DNA of 64,000 bases from a virus (lineage: Duplodnaviria; Heunggongvirae; Uroviricota; Caudoviricetes), in IMG/VR virus record IMGVR_UViG_3300035520_000451; one strand, 5' to 3'. The stretch's first letter is position 1, and each line of letters starts with the position of its first letter. A program made the position numbers and the translations under genes. Below, one piece after another: positions 60,301 through 64,000 of this stretch. The notes under the pieces are model-generated. The model was given only the letters and a program-made list of their open reading frames with translations, did not search any database and was not told the DNA's origin.

Positions 60301-61949
60301 CTAATCTAGAAAGTTTATTAGCAGATTTTATAGAACGCGATATTGAAACTAGAGAATTAAATAAAGCTTTAATCGTTATTAAAGGAGTTTTATTTTAGTT
60401 AGACATTTTAGGAGAAAATCCAAATATGGAAAAGGTAGTTAAGTAGACTATTTCAATGATTGATGACTTCGTAAAAGTAAATGTTTTCAGAACTTCTATT
60501 ATGGATGAAGCATCTCAAAGAATAGTTGGATTAACTACACCTCTTAGAAGACTAGTATCTAATACTTTAATTGCTGGAAATATAAAAGGAGCAGTGCGAG
60601 ACACTTTTGAAGGCGCTTGGCAAAATACTATGAGATCTTTAAATCATTATCAAACTAATATATCTCCAAAATCTTTAACAAAGGCTTACGGCACAGTAAT
60701 AAAAAATTCTTTTTCTGATAGTCGATCTATTAACATAGTAAATCAATTATGCTAGATATATAGACTTTCAAATATGGATATATCTAGAATTTCAGAAGGA
60801 TTAAAGTCTGAAAGAGGAATAACTAATTATTAGAACTGGATGTATTCAACATTACGCGCCCCTGATTTTCTTAATAGAATGACTTTATTTGTTGCTAAAT
60901 GCTACGAAGATGGAGTTTATGATGCTTTTGATATTAAAGATGGGAAATTAGTTTATGATTGGAAAAAAGATGAGCGTTTTAAAATATTTGCATCAGGTAA
61001 TAAAAGTAATCCAAAATATTATGAATAGATGGGAGCATATTTTAATGCCATACGAGCATATAATCAAGATCATCCTGAATAGGCTCTTCAAATGAGCGAC
61101 GACCTTCCAATGCCTTATAATTTTCAAGAAGTTAATGTAATTAGACATGCAGCTGATACTATATATGGTTCTTATGATAAAAGTACTAGAGCGGCATATG
61201 AACACATGGCTTTGGGAACTTTCTTTGGAATGTTCTCTACCTGGATGAACGGCATCTATGCTAATTATATGTTAAAACCAGGACAATATTCTAATACCGA
61301 ATTTAAACTAGAATAGGATTTAGATGATTCTGGGCGTCCTTTATTTTTTGATAACTCTGGCAGATTAATATATGCAGTACAGGATAATGGAAGTACTAAA
61401 TATTATTATGACGGAACAGAAATAGAAGCTACAGAAAATATAACTCATATTTAGCCAGTATTAAAGAAAGTCCCAACAATAGTTTAGGGTATAATGTATA
61501 CTTTATATGATGTTTTTAAAGCTGTTCCATAGGGAACTTTTAAAGAAGATATTTGGTTAGATCCTATGCAAAGAAAAAATTTAATGAAATTACTTACAGA
61601 TGGATTAGCTTGGTTATTCTTTGGAACTCTATACAGTTAGGTATTGAATCCAGCATATAGTAATTTTAAGAAAGAACAGATGCCAAAAAATAATGCTTTA
61701 GTAAATGCCGCTGTTGAAATTTTATACGGAGGATCTTCTAGATCTTATGATGGATTTAGAGGTATTTATAATGTATTTGAATATTTGGGAGAAAATACAA
61801 ATCCTCCTATATATTCTTAGAATATAAAACTAATGACTGATTTATTGAAAGTTTCGTTAGGTGAAAAAGCTGCGACCGATATGGCGGTTTAGAATATAGC
61901 CGTGTTAAAATCATTTCAAGATACTTATAAAGCAGAAAAGAAAAAATAA
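57339..61949 (+). CDS. Large virion-associated protein with an N-terminal PD-(D/E)XK-like domain (TAG=Gln)
   Basis: 1536 aa starting MGC, with six track ORFs in one frame. Motifs GTDLH..., GHIDMVVVD.SG.VHLFNFKT and Y.YQMALL. Confidence 0.75.
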
Positions 61950-62024
61950 GCCGACAACTTAGATAAAGTCATCGGCTTAAAAAATAAGGGGGTTAGCCTG
62001 GCAATCGCCAAACTAACCCCTTTT
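61947..62024. terminator. Tandem hairpins between convergent gene blocks (bidirectional terminator)
   Basis: TAAGCCGA..TCGGCTTA (61947-61979) and GGGGTTAG..TGGC-AATC-GCCA..CTAACCCC (61989-62020), flanked by A runs on the left and T runs on the right. Confidence 0.75.
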
Positions 62025-62027
62025 ATA

Positions 62028-62339
62028 TTATAGATCTTTTTTCTTTACAGAATTATTTAACCACATTATAGTCATTATAGCATAATTTGCCATATCTTGT
62101 AATGTATCTTTTATAGATTCATCATTTACTTGTTGTTTTTTAGTACTTAAAGATTCTATACGATTCATTTTATCTCCAAGTCTTACTACTGCCGCAATAA
62201 TTCCAAACTTATCTAGTGAAATTTCAAAAGAATTTCCATAATCGTGATTTTTTCTTTTAAATACTTCTAGCATTTCTTTAGTTATAGCTTCAAATTCAGC
62301 AACTGGAGACGATTGTTTTATAAAATTATTATTTTCCAT
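62028..62339 (-). CDS. DUF1599 / nucleotide-modification-associated domain protein
   Basis: Signature F.RKNHDYGNSF...GI....VRL.DK..RI..L....DESI.DTL.D.ANYAIM. Confidence 0.8.
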   Translation of the reverse strand: MENNNFIKQSSPVAEFEAITKEMLEVFKRKNHDYGNSFEISLDKFGIIAAVVRLGDKMNRIESLSTKKQQVNDESIKDTLQDMANYAIMTIMWLNNSVKKKDL

Positions 62340-62562
62340 TTCGTGTTTTCTTTTTTCGTATAGTATTTACTTTATCTAAAAGAGTCCAAGTAAGATTTAC
62401 ATTAGGATAATTCTTTTTAACTAAATTCTGTAATCCATCTATTGTCGTTACGTCTTTTAATCCTTTAATTCTATCAAACTGGGTAAAATCCATATTTTCC
62501 CACTGTAATTGATACCAGTGTTTACCTTCGTCAAAACTCACTTTTATTAAGTATTTCATCAT
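62329..62562 (-). CDS. Hypothetical protein
   Basis: 77-aa ORF overlapping its neighbours in an operon-like array. Confidence 0.55.
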   Translation of the reverse strand: MMKYLIKVSFDEGKHWYQLQWENMDFTQFDRIKGLKDVTTIDGLQNLVKKNYPNVNLTWTLLDKVNTIRKKKTRNGK

Positions 62563-62743
62563 ACAACATTTCTAAATTATCATCAAATGAACAATCCTCA
62601 TTATAATCAATAGACCATTCTTTATTTGCTCCAGAATTAGAAATATATCCAGCATATAACTTTCCATCTTCATAAAATACTCCTAATTCACAAGATTCAT
62701 CTGGTGATAATATTGTACAAGATCTTGTATCACAAATTTTCAT
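62531..62743 (-). CDS. Hypothetical protein
   Basis: 70-aa acidic ORF overlapping its neighbours. Confidence 0.55.
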   Translation of the reverse strand: MKICDTRSCTILSPDESCELGVFYEDGKLYAGYISNSGANKEWSIDYNEDCSFDDNLEMLYDEILNKSEF

Positions 62744-63320
62744 TAATCCAATATGTTTGATTTATATTATTCTTTATCTGGGTATTTATAATATGTTTCA
62801 AATTATTAAAAGAAATAGGAGTATAATTATTAAAATCTACTCCTACATCATATTGAGTTGGACACGTTAATTTTATTCTTTCATAATTTCCATTATTGTT
62901 TTTACACAAATGGACATGCCCATGAATATTCCAGATATTACTTTCATTTTCAGTTGATCCATGATAACAGAGTAACGGAAAATGAGTTAATATTAATTTG
63001 ATATCCTCAACTTTAATTGTAAGTTGTTCCTGCACAGAATCAAAATATTGTCTATATTTATTTTTAAATGTGGTACAATCATGATTTCCTAATATAAGAT
63101 GAATATGTCCATTTAATTGAGAAAGTATTTCTTCCCAATTTTTTTTAAACATAAAATCTCCTAAATGAAATATAGTATCATGCTCAGATACTGTATTATT
63201 CCAATTTTCAATTAATTTTTGATTCATTTCCTCAACAGAAGAAAACGGTCTATTACAATACTTAATAATGTTTGTATGATAGAAGTGTGTATCTGATGTA
63301 AAGAATATATTTTTCATCAA
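62730..63320 (-). CDS. Calcineurin-like metallophosphoesterase
   Basis: Motifs FTSDTHF.H, HLGDF, GNHD, THFP and HGHVH. Confidence 0.9.
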   Translation of the reverse strand: MMKNIFFTSDTHFYHTNIIKYCNRPFSSVEEMNQKLIENWNNTVSEHDTIFHLGDFMFKKNWEEILSQLNGHIHLILGNHDCTTFKNKYRQYFDSVQEQLTIKVEDIKLILTHFPLLCYHGSTENESNIWNIHGHVHLCKNNNGNYERIKLTCPTQYDVGVDFNNYTPISFNNLKHIINTQIKNNINQTYWINENL

Positions 63321-63322
63321 AT

Positions 63323-63868
63323 TTAAGCATTTTTTAATTCCTTTTTTAATTGTTTGATGCCTTCTTTATTTAAAGACATTGCAACACTTGGGACAATATA
63401 TTTACATGGGGATAGCACATCCTTAGAGCCACCTTCAGTATTCTTAAATTCAAATATATATTTATATAGTTTTGAATTACCTTCCCATACTGGAAAACAT
63501 GTTAAAGTGTGATGATAATAAAGATAATCCAGCATATATTCCCAATAATACATATTTCCAACTACTCGTTCTCCAAATTCATTTCTATAATATATATCAA
63601 AATTAATAGAGAATCCGAATTGTTTAAAGAAGCATACCCATATAAAAGGATCTCTTTCATGCCTAGGACTGTTATATTTATCTTTCCAAAGAACATCGTC
63701 AATATATATATCTAATATTTTACCAACATTCTTAGTATATGCTATTGGGCAATTTTGAGAAAGTTTCCAGAAGAAATGAAAAGATATTTTAGGACGCTTA
63801 AAATACTTTCTAGCTTTCCACCAAGTCTTAAAAGGATTATATATTAAATATTCTATATATTTACTCAT
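63323..63868 (-). CDS. Hypothetical aromatic-rich phage protein
   Basis: 181-aa ORF containing DVLWKDKYNSPRHE..P, tightly packed with its neighbours. Confidence 0.65.
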   Translation of the reverse strand: MSKYIEYLIYNPFKTWWKARKYFKRPKISFHFFWKLSQNCPIAYTKNVGKILDIYIDDVLWKDKYNSPRHERDPFIWVCFFKQFGFSINFDIYYRNEFGERVVGNMYYWEYMLDYLYYHHTLTCFPVWEGNSKLYKYIFEFKNTEGGSKDVLSPCKYIVPSVAMSLNKEGIKQLKKELKNA

Positions 63869-63998
63869 TTATTGATTCTATTACTAGGTTCGTTATTAAA
63901 TCAATATTTAGCATAACTTGCCAATGTACATCTACTTTTTTCTCATCTTTAGAATTAGGCCAATCAGATAAAATTATTTCATATTCACAACGTGACCA
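63861..63998 (-). CDS. 3' end of a hypothetical protein running in from beyond the window
   Basis: Open frame WSRCEYEIILSDWPNSKDEKKVDVHWQVMLNIDLITNLVIESINE*, whose stop overlaps the ATG of the next gene. Confidence 0.6.
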   Translation of the reverse strand, partial: WSRCEYEIILSDWPNSKDEKKVDVHWQVMLNIDLITNLVIESINE

Positions 63999-64000
63999 CC

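Noticed and set aside
644-61205. Short opposite-strand or alternate-frame ORFs in the track (e.g. 644-871, 2507-2791, 6688-7056, 26815-27228, 39027-39251, 51406-51693)
   Set aside because: They lie inside long, well-supported genes, show no recognisable motifs, and look like shadow ORFs of AT-rich coding DNA.
4144-61949. Dozens of short + strand ORFs suggesting a decayed or pseudogenised region or a poor assembly
   Set aside because: The fragments share reading frames over kilobases, the internal stops are TAG, and several fall on conserved Gln positions. Recoding explains them; random decay would give TAA, TGA and frameshifts.
1-64000. Suppressor tRNA (CUA anticodon), other tRNAs, rRNA or a CRISPR array
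   Set aside because: The intergenic gaps are short (mostly under 125 nt) and hold only terminators or promoters. I saw no cloverleaf and no regularly spaced repeat-spacer pattern. A suppressor tRNA may lie elsewhere in the genome.

Overview
This is a 64 kb segment of a very AT-rich crAss-like (Crassvirales) bacteriophage genome, most likely infecting Bacteroidota. The fragmented six-frame ORF track is an artefact of translating with the wrong code. From about 4.2 kb to 61.9 kb the + strand genes use TAG as glutamine (genetic code 15) and end only at TAA or TGA. Read that way, the strand tiles into long abutting genes. In order these are: a TAG-free tail-fibre/adhesin module (1-3788), an endolysin, a major capsid protein split by two related group I introns that each encode a GIY-YIG endonuclease, head/neck/tail genes, Gly/Ala-rich cargo (ejection) genes sharing a K-[FY]-Q-x-G-G motif, and four giant proteins. 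The giant proteins are a 3115-aa protein with an SF1 helicase core, a 3800-aa virion RNA polymerase whose catalytic GSDY|DID motif is split by a LAGLIDADG group I intron, a 788-aa HExxH zincin protein, and a 1536-aa protein with a degenerate PD-(D/E)XK domain. A TAG-free block of small minus-strand genes converges on a double hairpin at about 61.95-62.02 kb. The most striking unexplained pattern is in the four giant proteins: every internal junction has a C-terminal Cys followed by an N-terminal MG(Y)C, and only the two outer ends lack Cys, as a head-to-tail covalent chain would predict. All coordinates and translations were derived by eye, and no database searches were run. For the longest genes I checked frame at many points rather than at every codon.
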